Below are positions 43,717 through 52,501 of a DNA stretch of 64,000 nucleotides, one piece after another; within the stretch, counting starts at the first letter, position 1; every line of letters begins with the position of its first letter. The stretch spans positions 880,847 through 944,846 of the forward strand of contig JBAMOY010000001.1 of NCBI GenBank assembly GCA_037071015.1. Reading direction: 5' to 3'. A model generated the notes under the pieces. The model searched no databases and had not been told where the DNA came from. It saw nothing but the letters and a program-made list of their open reading frames with translations. Made by a program: the position numbers and the translations under genes. The DNA comes from Bacilli bacterium (lineage in GTDB: Bacteria; Bacillota_I; Bacilli_A; RF39; UBA660).

Positions 43717-44298
43717 TTATATAGTTCTAGCTATTTTTTGATGAATATCTTGCTTTCCTTCTTTGGTTACATTGGAAAAAACCACAAAATCATCACCAAT
43801 AACTAAATCTAAATCATCTAAAATCATATTACGTTGTTTTTGATGTAATGTAATACCCACTTTATCAGCTTTCGTAGCAACAATTGTCACCGGAATCTTA
43901 TAATGTTTCAAGAAGTTATACATCATAATATCATCAGCAGTTGGTTTATGTCGAAAATCAATTAACATAAAAACTTGTTTTAACACACTACGTCCAGTTA
44001 AATAGTCTTCCATCATCAGCCCAAATTTCTTTTGTTGTTGCTTACTTAAATTAGCAAACCCATAACCAGGTGCATCAACTAAATAAAATTGGTCATTAAC
44101 GGCGTAAAAATTAATAGTTTGAGTTTTACCAGGATTTGACGAGGTACGAGCATAATTTTTACGATTAATAATCGTATTAATAAAACTGCTCTTACCGACG
44201 TTACTTCTTCCGACTAAAAGAAACTCTGGTAATTCATCAGTTGGATATTGGCTGCGTCTCACGGCACTAACCACTAATTCAACTTTATTTATCTTCAT
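43717..44298 (-). CDS. engB: ribosome-biogenesis GTPase YihA/EngB (YsxC)
   Basis: GRSNVGKSSFINTI G1 motif, DAPGYGF G3 motif, NKADK G4 motif. Confidence 0.85.
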   Translation of the reverse strand: MKINKVELVVSAVRRSQYPTDELPEFLLVGRSNVGKSSFINTIINRKNYARTSSNPGKTQTINFYAVNDQFYLVDAPGYGFANLSKQQQKKFGLMMEDYLTGRSVLKQVFMLIDFRHKPTADDIMMYNFLKHYKIPVTIVATKADKVGITLHQKQRNMILDDLDLVIGDDFVVFSNVTKEGKQDIHQKIARTI

Positions 44299-44410
44299 AT
44301 ATAATCACCCTACTATATTTTTTGCAGCTAGATAATTATAGCATTTACCAATCTTTTTGTCAAAAATAACCATAATTACATTTGCATATCTTGACACCAA
44401 TTTGTCATAA

Positions 44411-44707
44411 TTAAAATTTATTATTATAGTTATTAATTTGTTTAATCGCATTAACACGATTTTGATGATTGATAATTTCTTGCTTTGGAACTTTAGGTTT
44501 ATCATTGGCATTAGATAAACCATGATTGTACTTTAAACCATTCATTTCTTCCTTAATATCATCAATAGACCGGGCTCCGAAATTTGCTTTAACTATCGAT
44601 TTATCACTATTTACAGAATTATTGTTTCCAAACCCCATTCTTTGATTGTTAAAGTTAAATGCCATTTTAATACCAACTTTCCATCTTAAACTCATATTAA
44701 TTTTCAT
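44411..44707 (-). CDS. small Asn-rich low-complexity protein (84-98 aa), hypothetical
   Basis: ORF behind an extended -10 promoter (TGaTATAAT). Start codon is ambiguous (MKINM or MAFNF). Confidence 0.3.
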   Translation of the reverse strand: MKINMSLRWKVGIKMAFNFNNQRMGFGNNNSVNSDKSIVKANFGARSIDDIKEEMNGLKYNHGLSNANDKPKVPKQEIINHQNRVNAIKQINNYNNKF

Positions 44708-44780
44708 ATTATTACCTAATATTATTATATCATAAACTCTCTATATAAAAACACCACAATCTAAAATTTAAATACTTACA

Positions 44781-45467
44781 TCACTTTTTAAAAAGACTAT
44801 ATGTTTTAACAGCCTTATTATAGGCCTTATTCTCATCTTGCAAAAAATATCTATTCGATAACATTACCGAATCTAAAATCATTGTCCTCTGATCTAAAGA
44901 ATCCAATATTAAATAATTATCTCCTTTCAGAATACTACTTCTTTTAAAAGTTAATTTTTGACTAGGATTATCAAACAATAGATATTTTGTTAAATCATTT
45001 TGTTTTTTACATATATGAATACTGTTATTAGATCTTTTATAAACATTTGTATCCTGTAATTCAAAAGAATAAGTTTTTAGCAAATATAATAAAAATGGTT
45101 TACGTTGTTTTTTAATAGTTCCTAAATTATAAATACCATTTTCTAAACATAATTTAATCCAACTAGCCGTCAATAAAGATGCAATACCACTATTTCGGTA
45201 CTCTGGCTTTACTAACGTTCCTATATATTCACTTGTACAATTAATAAAATCCAAATAAAAATATATAAAGCCCTGACAAATCATTTTACCACTATTCGTC
45301 ATCAAATAGCATTTAATAAAATATTGATCGGTCCCCTTAACCTTAAAGAAAGTTTTTTCCAGATATAAACGTTGCTCATTATTATTGCAGTCAATTCTTC
45401 GATCAATTAAAAATGGCTTATCATATATTAAATTTTTAAATAACATCATTTCATCACGCCTTGTCAA
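44781..45467 (-). CDS. GNAT-family N-acetyltransferase-like protein
   Basis: VKPEYRNSGIASLLTASWIKLCLENG resembles the acetyl-CoA binding motif A of GNAT enzymes. Confidence 0.45.
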   Translation of the reverse strand: MTRRDEMMLFKNLIYDKPFLIDRRIDCNNNEQRLYLEKTFFKVKGTDQYFIKCYLMTNSGKMICQGFIYFYLDFINCTSEYIGTLVKPEYRNSGIASLLTASWIKLCLENGIYNLGTIKKQRKPFLLYLLKTYSFELQDTNVYKRSNNSIHICKKQNDLTKYLLFDNPSQKLTFKRSSILKGDNYLILDSLDQRTMILDSVMLSNRYFLQDENKAYNKAVKTYSLFKK

Positions 45468-45644
45468 AATAGTAAACTATATTATAGATTAAAAGTCGAA
45501 TAAATTCAAGATAATAAAAAAATAGACACTCTTCAGCATTGATAGAGCGTCAATCCTATTAATTAGAGACGACATTCACTTGCAACTTAAATGTTCTTCT
45601 TTTTTATTTTACACAAGTTTCCTTGACATATTCATAATAACATA

Positions 45645-45668
45645 AAAACGACTTGTGGTAAGTCGTTT
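45645..45668 (-). terminator. hairpin downstream of tRNA-Arg (AAACGACUU-accaca-AAGUCGUUU)
   Basis: 9-bp stem followed by a U-rich run on the minus strand. Confidence 0.4.
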
Positions 45669-45704
45669 CTCATACTACTCGAAAAGCTCGAGTTTCCTAT
45701 CAAT

Positions 45705-45781
45705 CTGGTGTCCCAGAAGGGATTCGAACCCCTGACACCCGCCTTAGAAGGGCGGTGCTCTATCCAGCTGAGCTACTGAGA
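45705..45781 (-). tRNA. tRNA-Arg (anticodon TCT), CCA encoded
   Basis: Manual fold: acceptor GTCTCAG/CTGGGAC, D-arm GCTC..GAGC, anticodon stem CCGCC/GGCGG with loop CTTCTAA, T-loop TTCGAAT, discriminator A plus CCA. Confidence 0.9.
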
Positions 45782-45826
45782 CAGTTTGTTCAAATGAACA
45801 AACCAATTATACAATAAAATATGTAT

Positions 45827-46795
45827 TTATTCAATAGTTTTTAAGACGGTTTTATAAATTTCTTCATTATCAACATAAAAAAATACTTCTTTAACATTAT
45901 AATTATCATCAATCGATAATGATATGGTATTAATTACTTCCTCTAAAATGTTTTTTTCAACCATATCATCAAAAATATAAGAATTAAACTGCAAATATAA
46001 ATTTCCTTCAGCTTCTTCTACTGCTAATAATTTAGTATTAGCATTTAAAAAGCTCATCAAATTAGTATTATATAATGAACCACTAGCTAATTCATCGATA
46101 ATAATTTTAATTTTATCTCGATTATCATTTAAATACTTTGTTACAGGTACATAATAGTAATCCTCATTATACTTGCTAATATAATATACAGTTACATCAG
46201 TGACATCTTGTAATGTTTGCAATTCATAACTTTTATTGATGCCAAAATTACGATTTAAAGTTCCTGGTAAATGAATCTTTGACTTGGGCAAATATGATAA
46301 AATATCGCCCTCAACATAAATAATAACATTTTTTATCTCATCAATTGATGTCAAAGAATATACAATAGCTTCAATGATTTTCTCTTCCATATTCTTATCG
46401 ACATCCAATATTTCTTTCGAAAAATCAACTTTAATTACATTATTTTCATAGTTAATGCTTAAAATCTTAGTATCACTTGGTAAGATAGCTTTAAAACCAC
46501 TAGGTATTTTATTTTCTGCATTACTGCCAATAATTAAAGCTTCTAATAAACTTTTTGCTTTATTATCAATACTAATATCACTATCTACAACAATTGTGGT
46601 TAAAGCTAACATGTTATTCTTATCCAACAAAAAAATATCATTGGTACTCACTTCATTATCAACATAAATTAATTCTTGTTTTATTTTACCATCTAAATCT
46701 TTTTTATAATTATTGGGAATTAAATAAATAAGAAATAAAGCAAAGAGAGCTGATGCGGCAACGACAATCTTTTTAATAGACATTTTCTTTAGCAT
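45827..46795 (-). CDS. gerM: spore germination protein GerM (two GerMN domains, lipoprotein-like N-terminus)
   Basis: VTDVTVYYISKYNEDYYYVPVTKYLNDNRDKIKIIIDELASG matches the B. subtilis GerM segment LTVYYLAENEDSEYYVPVTKRIDNSEKDDITAAINELAKG. Signal/anchor sequence at the N-terminus. Confidence 0.8.
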   Translation of the reverse strand: MLKKMSIKKIVVAASALFALFLIYLIPNNYKKDLDGKIKQELIYVDNEVSTNDIFLLDKNNMLALTTIVVDSDISIDNKAKSLLEALIIGSNAENKIPSGFKAILPSDTKILSINYENNVIKVDFSKEILDVDKNMEEKIIEAIVYSLTSIDEIKNVIIYVEGDILSYLPKSKIHLPGTLNRNFGINKSYELQTLQDVTDVTVYYISKYNEDYYYVPVTKYLNDNRDKIKIIIDELASGSLYNTNLMSFLNANTKLLAVEEAEGNLYLQFNSYIFDDMVEKNILEEVINTISLSIDDNYNVKEVFFYVDNEEIYKTVLKTIE

Positions 46796-46823
46796 AATCC
46801 ACCTCTATATAATCATATGAAAA

Positions 46824-46847
46824 AAATCGCATTTTAATACGATTTTT
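46824..46847 (-). terminator. terminator after gerE (AAAAUCG..CGAUUUU followed by Us)
   Basis: Hairpin seen between the gerE stop and the gerM RBS. Confidence 0.4.
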
Positions 46848-47052
46848 ATAATGAAATTTCACCAAGTTTTAAAAGCTCCACTACGGCCCCTGAACGACCT
46901 TTAACCCCTAATTTTTGTATAACATTTGATATATGATTTCTAACTGTTTTCTCACTTATGTTTAATTTATTAGCAATATCAAAAGTCGAATTATTTGTAA
47001 TTAATAAATCGAAAACTTGTTTTTCTCTTTTCGTTAAAATACTTTTGGACAT
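46846..47052 (-). CDS. gerE: LuxR-family sporulation regulator GerE
   Basis: LTKREKQVFDLL..EKTVRNHISNVIQKLGVKGRSGAVVELLKLGE is near-identical in pattern to B. subtilis GerE (LTKREREVFELL..EKTVRNHISNAMQKLGVKGRSQAVVELLRMGE). Confidence 0.85.
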   Translation of the reverse strand: MSKSILTKREKQVFDLLITNNSTFDIANKLNISEKTVRNHISNVIQKLGVKGRSGAVVELLKLGEISL

Positions 47053-47095
47053 AATTCCCTCTCTTCCTAATTAAACTCTTTATTTTTACTCATAT

Positions 47096-47122
47096 TATTT
47101 TATGAATGTGAGTTTATTTAGT
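47096..47122 (-). promoter_or_regulatory. candidate sigma-K-type promoter for gerE (AC-N16-CATAAAATA)
   Basis: Matches the sigma-K consensus AC-N16/17-CATA---TA. B. subtilis gerE is sigma-K dependent. Confidence 0.4.
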
Positions 47123-47146
47123 GAAAGAATTAGCCTATTATCAAAG

Positions 47147-47659
47147 TTATTTCTGATATTTAACCGAAATATACATCTTTTTATCGTAATTAGATTGAAT
47201 ACTACGCATAATATTATTAGCTGTAGTTGCATCTAGTTTATCTGCTGATACTACAACTCTAATTTGATCACCATCAATTTTGACAAAAGCTTTTAAAGAA
47301 AATTCTTCTAAAATTTTAGCTTCTAAGTTTTCCTCCTCACCTTTTGTAATATTTAGTAGTTTCATCTTTTCAAAAGCATTGTTTTTTTCATCGACAGTCG
47401 ATTTGGAATTGGTTAAAATATCTTTTAATTCATCTAATTGCTTACTAACTTCCTCGTCTGCTTCGACTCTTAATGAGGTAATAACTTCACTTTCTGTTAT
47501 TTCCACTACTTTATCACTATCTTCACCACTAGTCTTAGTTGTAACTTTACCACTTTCATTAGCAATCAACAATTCTGATGGCATAGTAACATAATAGACA
47601 CTTAATACTAATATTAAACTAAATAATGTTAAGAACCACAAACTCTTTTTATTTATCAT
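47147..47659 (-). CDS. spoIIIAH: stage III sporulation protein AH (SpoIIIAH)
   Basis: N-terminus KKSLWFLTLFSLILVLSVYYVTMPSE matches B. subtilis SpoIIIAH KKQTVWLLTMLSLVVVLSVYYIMSPE. C-terminal GDQIRVVVSADKLDATTANNI resembles the YscJ-like domain. Confidence 0.8.
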   Translation of the reverse strand: MINKKSLWFLTLFSLILVLSVYYVTMPSELLIANESGKVTTKTSGEDSDKVVEITESEVITSLRVEADEEVSKQLDELKDILTNSKSTVDEKNNAFEKMKLLNITKGEEENLEAKILEEFSLKAFVKIDGDQIRVVVSADKLDATTANNIMRSIQSNYDKKMYISVKYQK

Positions 47660-47730
47660 ACATTTCCTCCTAATACATTTGTATCTACTAAAGTATATTA
47701 GGTCTTAATAAATTTATTACAAAAAAAATC

Positions 47731-49497
47731 TTATTTAACATAAGATTTTTTGTTATCAACTATATCTCTTAACATTTCTTTAAATTCCGTATATGCAAGT
47801 GTAATTGTTTCATTTGATCCATGCACACGATAACTAATTAAATTATTATCTTTCTCGCGATCACCAATAATTAAACTAAATGGAATTTTCTGCGTTTGGC
47901 TTTCACGCATACGATAACCCAGTTTTTCTTCACGCTCATCTAATTCTACCCTAAACCCTGCAGACAATAAATCCTCTTGAAGCTCTTTAGCATACGATAA
48001 ATGATATTCATTATTAACAGGAATAATGTTAACCTGAATTGGCGCCAACCATACAGGTAAGGCTCCCTTAGTCTCTTCTAAAATATATGCCATAAATCTA
48101 TCTAACGAACCTAATATAGCTCTATGTAATACAACCGGTGTCTTTTTAACACCATCACGATCAACATACTTCAAATCAAATTTAGCTGGCAAGCAGAAAT
48201 CCAATTGGCAAGTAGATAAAGTATACTCATTACCAACTGCCGGTTTTACATTAACATCCAATTTAGGACCATAAAAAGCCGCTTCACCAATTTCTTCTGT
48301 GTATTCAATACCTAAATCATTTAAAACTTCTCTAAGACCATTCTCGGCTTTATTCCACATCTCATCATCTTGATGATATTTTTCTTTATCTTCAGGATCA
48401 CGAAGTGATAGAACACAACGATAATCCGTTATGTTAAAATCTTTATAGACATCAAATATTAAATCAACAACCGCTTTAAATTCCTCTTTTATCTGTTCTG
48501 GAGTTACAAACAAATGCGCATCATTTTGACAAAAATGTCTACCTCTTTCAATTCCCTTAACCGCTCCACTAGCTTCATATCTAAAGTCATGAGCAATTTC
48601 ACCTATTCTGATTGGTAAATCTTTATAAGAGTGTAGCTTATTAGCATATATCATCATGTGATGCGGACAATTCATTGGTCTTAAAACAAAAGCCTCACCA
48701 TCAACTTCCATTGCTGGAAACATATTCTCTTTATAATGATCCCAATGTCCAGAAGTTTTATAAAGATTAACCGTTCCAACACAAGGCGTCATAACGTGCT
48801 GATAACCTAACTTTCGCTCTTTAGCTTTTATATAATCTTCTAATTCTTGCCAAATGATATAACCTTTAGGTAAAAACATTGGTAATCCACGTCCAACTAG
48901 GTCATCAGACATAAATATTTCTAACTCTTTACCAATCTTACGATGATCTCGCTCTTTAGCCTCTTCTAATTCAACTAAATAGCTATCTAAATCTTCCTGA
49001 GTTTTAAAACAGATACCATAGATTCTTTGAAGCATCTTATTATTGGCATCACCTTTCCAATAAGCACCACTAACCTTTAATAATTTAAAATGTTTTAATA
49101 GTTTCACTGTTTCAACATGTGGCCCGCGACATAGATCAGTAAAATCTCCTTGCGTATAACAAGATATAACGTTATCTTCCTCATTCATACGCTCAATTAA
49201 ATCGATTTTATATTCATCATCCTTAAATTTTTCTAAAGCCTCTTGCTTAGATAATTCCTGTCTAACAATCCTTTTACCATCTTTACTAATTTTTTTCATT
49301 TCGCGCTCAATTTGAGGTAAATCATCTTCTTTAATTACAATATCACCTAAATCAATATCGTAATAAAAGCCATCTTCAATAACTGGTCCAACCCAGAATT
49401 TTGCATTAGGATACAAATGTTTTACAGCTTGAGCCAGCAAATGAGCACAACTATGATTTAAAACATTTAGATCCTTATCTTCTTTGATATTTATCAT
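47731..49497 (-). CDS. thrS: threonyl-tRNA synthetase lacking the N-terminal TGS domain
   Basis: Editing domain HSCAHLLAQAVKHLY, class II catalytic core and a C-terminal anticodon-binding domain. 588 aa. An in-frame TAA lies immediately upstream of the ATG. Confidence 0.9.
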   Translation of the reverse strand: MINIKEDKDLNVLNHSCAHLLAQAVKHLYPNAKFWVGPVIEDGFYYDIDLGDIVIKEDDLPQIEREMKKISKDGKRIVRQELSKQEALEKFKDDEYKIDLIERMNEEDNVISCYTQGDFTDLCRGPHVETVKLLKHFKLLKVSGAYWKGDANNKMLQRIYGICFKTQEDLDSYLVELEEAKERDHRKIGKELEIFMSDDLVGRGLPMFLPKGYIIWQELEDYIKAKERKLGYQHVMTPCVGTVNLYKTSGHWDHYKENMFPAMEVDGEAFVLRPMNCPHHMMIYANKLHSYKDLPIRIGEIAHDFRYEASGAVKGIERGRHFCQNDAHLFVTPEQIKEEFKAVVDLIFDVYKDFNITDYRCVLSLRDPEDKEKYHQDDEMWNKAENGLREVLNDLGIEYTEEIGEAAFYGPKLDVNVKPAVGNEYTLSTCQLDFCLPAKFDLKYVDRDGVKKTPVVLHRAILGSLDRFMAYILEETKGALPVWLAPIQVNIIPVNNEYHLSYAKELQEDLLSAGFRVELDEREEKLGYRMRESQTQKIPFSLIIGDREKDNNLISYRVHGSNETITLAYTEFKEMLRDIVDNKKSYVK

Positions 49498-49672
49498 TTA
49501 TATCATCCCTTTCATCCATCTTACATAGAGCTATTTCTCTACGTATTTCTCTTTTTTTAATTTCATACTGTTCTAACAATTTTTCTTTCTCCAAAGGTGA
49601 AAGTAGCTGGTAATTTAAATTGCAATCAAAAAGATGTTGTCTTAATTCTTGTAATTTTTCCTTATTACTCAT
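49475..49672 (-). CDS. small charged ORF (65 aa) between the T-box terminator and thrS, function unknown
   Basis: The ATG sits 7 nt after the terminator's AAAGGAG (acting as the RBS). Overlaps the thrS start by 23 nt in another frame. Confidence 0.3.
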   Translation of the reverse strand: MSNKEKLQELRQHLFDCNLNYQLLSPLEKEKLLEQYEIKKREIRREIALCKMDERDDINDKYQRR

Positions 49673-49865
49673 AAAAAAACTCCTTTCGTTTATAAAACAA
49701 AAGGAGCGTATATACGCGGTACCATCCTACCTTATTACTTAATTAAAGATAACGGTTCTAACCGAAAAGCCCTTTCAGGAATAGCTCCAAGGTAGTAATT
49801 ATTTAACGATTTTATTACCTTACACCACCGATAACTCTCTTTAAAAATCCATTAAATAATCTTGT
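49673..49865 (-). promoter_or_regulatory. T-box riboswitch leader (Thr) upstream of thrS
   Basis: Minus-strand AAAGAGAG K-turn, candidate specifier ACU-A, conserved AGGAUGGUACCGCG (plus 49716-49729), and a 9-bp terminator CUCCUUUUG/CGAAAGGAG plus U7 (plus 49673-49709). Confidence 0.7.
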
Positions 49866-49898
49866 CCTCTTCTTTGCCTTATATATGTATTTTAACAC

Positions 49899-50384
49899 TT
49901 AATATTTTTTTGTCAATATCCTATGAGCTCCCTCTTCTTGAATTCCAGCTCGAACTAAAATCTCATCATAGATAACACCATATTTTTCAGGATCCTCAAT
50001 ACAACTGTTTAAACTATCAATGAGATTCCCTAATGATAATTCAAAAATACTAGGCTCATCTATATCATCAACCTCGTTAGCACCAGGCATAACTATAGCT
50101 GGTTCAACTTTTTCCTTAATAAATATTGGACGATAATACGCTTTGACTAGCCCTTTATCAAAACCAACTAAAATTATTTTACCTGTTAATATATTATCTA
50201 ACCGAACTTGACTGTTAGAACAATAGTGTAAATAATCACTTAATATAAAAAATAATTCTTGTGGAGATAAATGACAATTATTATCTTCATAATTATAATC
50301 TCCAAAAAACATATTGAAAAATTCACCCGGTGTTAAAACAAATTTACGATCAATTTTCTTTTTGTCCAAATCTCTTAAATACAT
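49899..50384 (-). CDS. hypothetical protein (161 aa)
   Basis: ORF only. Confidence 0.4.
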   Translation of the reverse strand: MYLRDLDKKKIDRKFVLTPGEFFNMFFGDYNYEDNNCHLSPQELFFILSDYLHYCSNSQVRLDNILTGKIILVGFDKGLVKAYYRPIFIKEKVEPAIVMPGANEVDDIDEPSIFELSLGNLIDSLNSCIEDPEKYGVIYDEILVRAGIQEEGAHRILTKKY

Positions 50385-50402
50385 TTACTACTTCACTCCA
50401 TG

Positions 50403-52481
50403 TTATTTAATCATCTTTTTAATATTATCTCTTTGTTTAAGTTTATAACTATTAGCTTTCTCCACTAAAGAAATTGCTTCTTCACTCCAATAATCTTTAT
50501 TAACTATATGATGATTATTCAAATAAAACTCATCAATTAAACGTTGTAAAAATATACCAATATAGCTGTCTAATGGATTAAGTAAATCCGAATGACAATT
50601 ACTGTGCTTACTTCTGTGTCCAATGTTATCTATTGCATAATAGGCATAATTATAATCTTCACAGATAATTGAATATATAGTTTTAAACTCCTCTTTATTA
50701 ACCTTGTAAAATATACCATTTAAAGCATTGATATTATTTTCAAAATTAATACTGTTTTGTCTTGCCTGTACCTTATAAATGAACGGATAATTATGGCTAG
50801 AAAAATACTTAGCAATTCCTTTAATACATTTTTCATTAACTATTTCTTCTAGTTGTTTAATCGAATTATCGCGATTAAACCGATCATCATTCTTTAATAC
50901 TTTTAATAGTTGATAATAAACAGGAAAATTATCACTAGCTAAAATAGCATCACTATGAATAGTAGTATCAACTATGCTAACACTCTTATAACCTGCTAAA
51001 TCTTTTACTTCACCTTTTTCATTAATAATTAATTCAAACGTTATGGTCGGCATCTTACGACCCATTACCAAACTAAAGTCATTGACATTGGGTATTAAAA
51101 AACTATCATTGTTAACATTACTAAATAAATGATGACGCAAATATATATCTAACGGGCTATTTTCATTAACTATGGACGCTATATCAATCACATTGATTTT
51201 TAAACTATAATCATTATTACTTAACTTATTTAAAATATAAGCATAATTATTATATTTTAAACTATCATTAACTATAACTAGCGTCTTTTCATTAGTCAAA
51301 TCTACTCGCCTATGATCACTATTTTGCAAAATTATTAACTCTTTAATGTATGACAACTGTTCGTTTACTTCTTTTCCATCAAACTCAATCTCATCGTCTT
51401 CGCTATCATTTATATTTTTTAAAGATTCTATTTCCGCTAAAGCTGCAACAATACGCTCTCTTTTATAATTGCTATGCCTCAAAAAATTACTAAAGTTTTC
51501 TAATAAACTTTGGCGAATCATTTCATCACTATCTAATAATTCTAACTGATTGTTAGCCATTAATAATTTATACATATTTTTTAAATATGTGCTACTAACA
51601 GATGGTTTACTTTGATTACGAAGTTCAATTTTATAAGTATCAATATATGTCTTTAAAATATGAATTAAAATATGTTCATTATCCCTACTACGAATATTTA
51701 CTGTCTCTGGTAATCGATCAAACAATTTTTCAAGAAATATTCTATTGTCCTCATCCGATAGCCAATATTCAATAATATCAAATTTATAATCATATGTTTT
51801 CATGGATTCAACTTTGCTAATATTAATGACGTTTTTAATCATACTCTTAAATTGATTTAAAATGATACGTTCAGAATCATTCTTATTCAACTTTGCCAAC
51901 TTATGATTTATACTACATTTAACACTATTTAATCCTAAAACAATTTTTTCTAAATTATGTTTATCATCAAATGATATATGACTGATAATCTTTTTTAAAG
52001 TGTTTAAAACCATTTCTTCGCAAACTATTAGCGAATAATTTTCGACAATATACTTTAATACAATCAGTAAGTCGTCCATATAATAGTCATCTAAATGATT
52101 GTGTAAAAGATCATCTAATAATTTAGTTTGATTAGCAGTCAAATTAACGATGTCAGTATCAACGCTAATCTTTGTTAATTTATCATTTTCTAAATCTAAT
52201 ATCCGTTGTCTCTTTATTAACTGCAGATATTCTTTACAAACCTTGGTTCTTGCTTTGACATTTTTTAAATATTCCTGAATGTCATCTTTTAATTTACCAT
52301 CTTGATCATAAGAATGGTTGTCTTTTCTAATAGCTTTAGTTTCATTAAAATTATCATCAATAATATGATTAATAGCAATAATCTTTTCTTCAAAATTTAA
52401 TTCTCGCATATTACCTATGTAATCGATAGTTTCTAATTGTGTAATTTTATTTTTTAAATAATCACTTGTTATTATTCGCAT
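50403..52481 (-). CDS. hypothetical protein (692 aa) downstream of dnaI
   Basis: Long ORF, Asn/Lys/Ile-rich, no confident motif. A weak, unconvincing resemblance to RNB-domain nucleases at the C-terminus. Confidence 0.45.
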   Translation of the reverse strand: MRIITSDYLKNKITQLETIDYIGNMRELNFEEKIIAINHIIDDNFNETKAIRKDNHSYDQDGKLKDDIQEYLKNVKARTKVCKEYLQLIKRQRILDLENDKLTKISVDTDIVNLTANQTKLLDDLLHNHLDDYYMDDLLIVLKYIVENYSLIVCEEMVLNTLKKIISHISFDDKHNLEKIVLGLNSVKCSINHKLAKLNKNDSERIILNQFKSMIKNVINISKVESMKTYDYKFDIIEYWLSDEDNRIFLEKLFDRLPETVNIRSRDNEHILIHILKTYIDTYKIELRNQSKPSVSSTYLKNMYKLLMANNQLELLDSDEMIRQSLLENFSNFLRHSNYKRERIVAALAEIESLKNINDSEDDEIEFDGKEVNEQLSYIKELIILQNSDHRRVDLTNEKTLVIVNDSLKYNNYAYILNKLSNNDYSLKINVIDIASIVNENSPLDIYLRHHLFSNVNNDSFLIPNVNDFSLVMGRKMPTITFELIINEKGEVKDLAGYKSVSIVDTTIHSDAILASDNFPVYYQLLKVLKNDDRFNRDNSIKQLEEIVNEKCIKGIAKYFSSHNYPFIYKVQARQNSINFENNINALNGIFYKVNKEEFKTIYSIICEDYNYAYYAIDNIGHRSKHSNCHSDLLNPLDSYIGIFLQRLIDEFYLNNHHIVNKDYWSEEAISLVEKANSYKLKQRDNIKKMIK

Positions 52482-52501
52482 ATTTCCCCCCGAAATATTA
52501 A

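Noticed and set aside
47731-49497. Possible frameshift or truncation of thrS (missing N-terminal TGS domain)
   Set aside because: An in-frame TAA lies directly upstream of the ATG. No TGS-like sequence is found in the other frames. TGS-less ThrRS of about 565-590 aa are normal in Mollicutes-like lineages, so this is treated as a natural domain loss rather than a pseudogene.
50403-52481. Calling the 692-aa protein an RNase II/R (RNB) family nuclease
   Set aside because: Only a vague C-terminal resemblance, and the DxxDxDD catalytic signature is absent. This is insufficient for an annotation.
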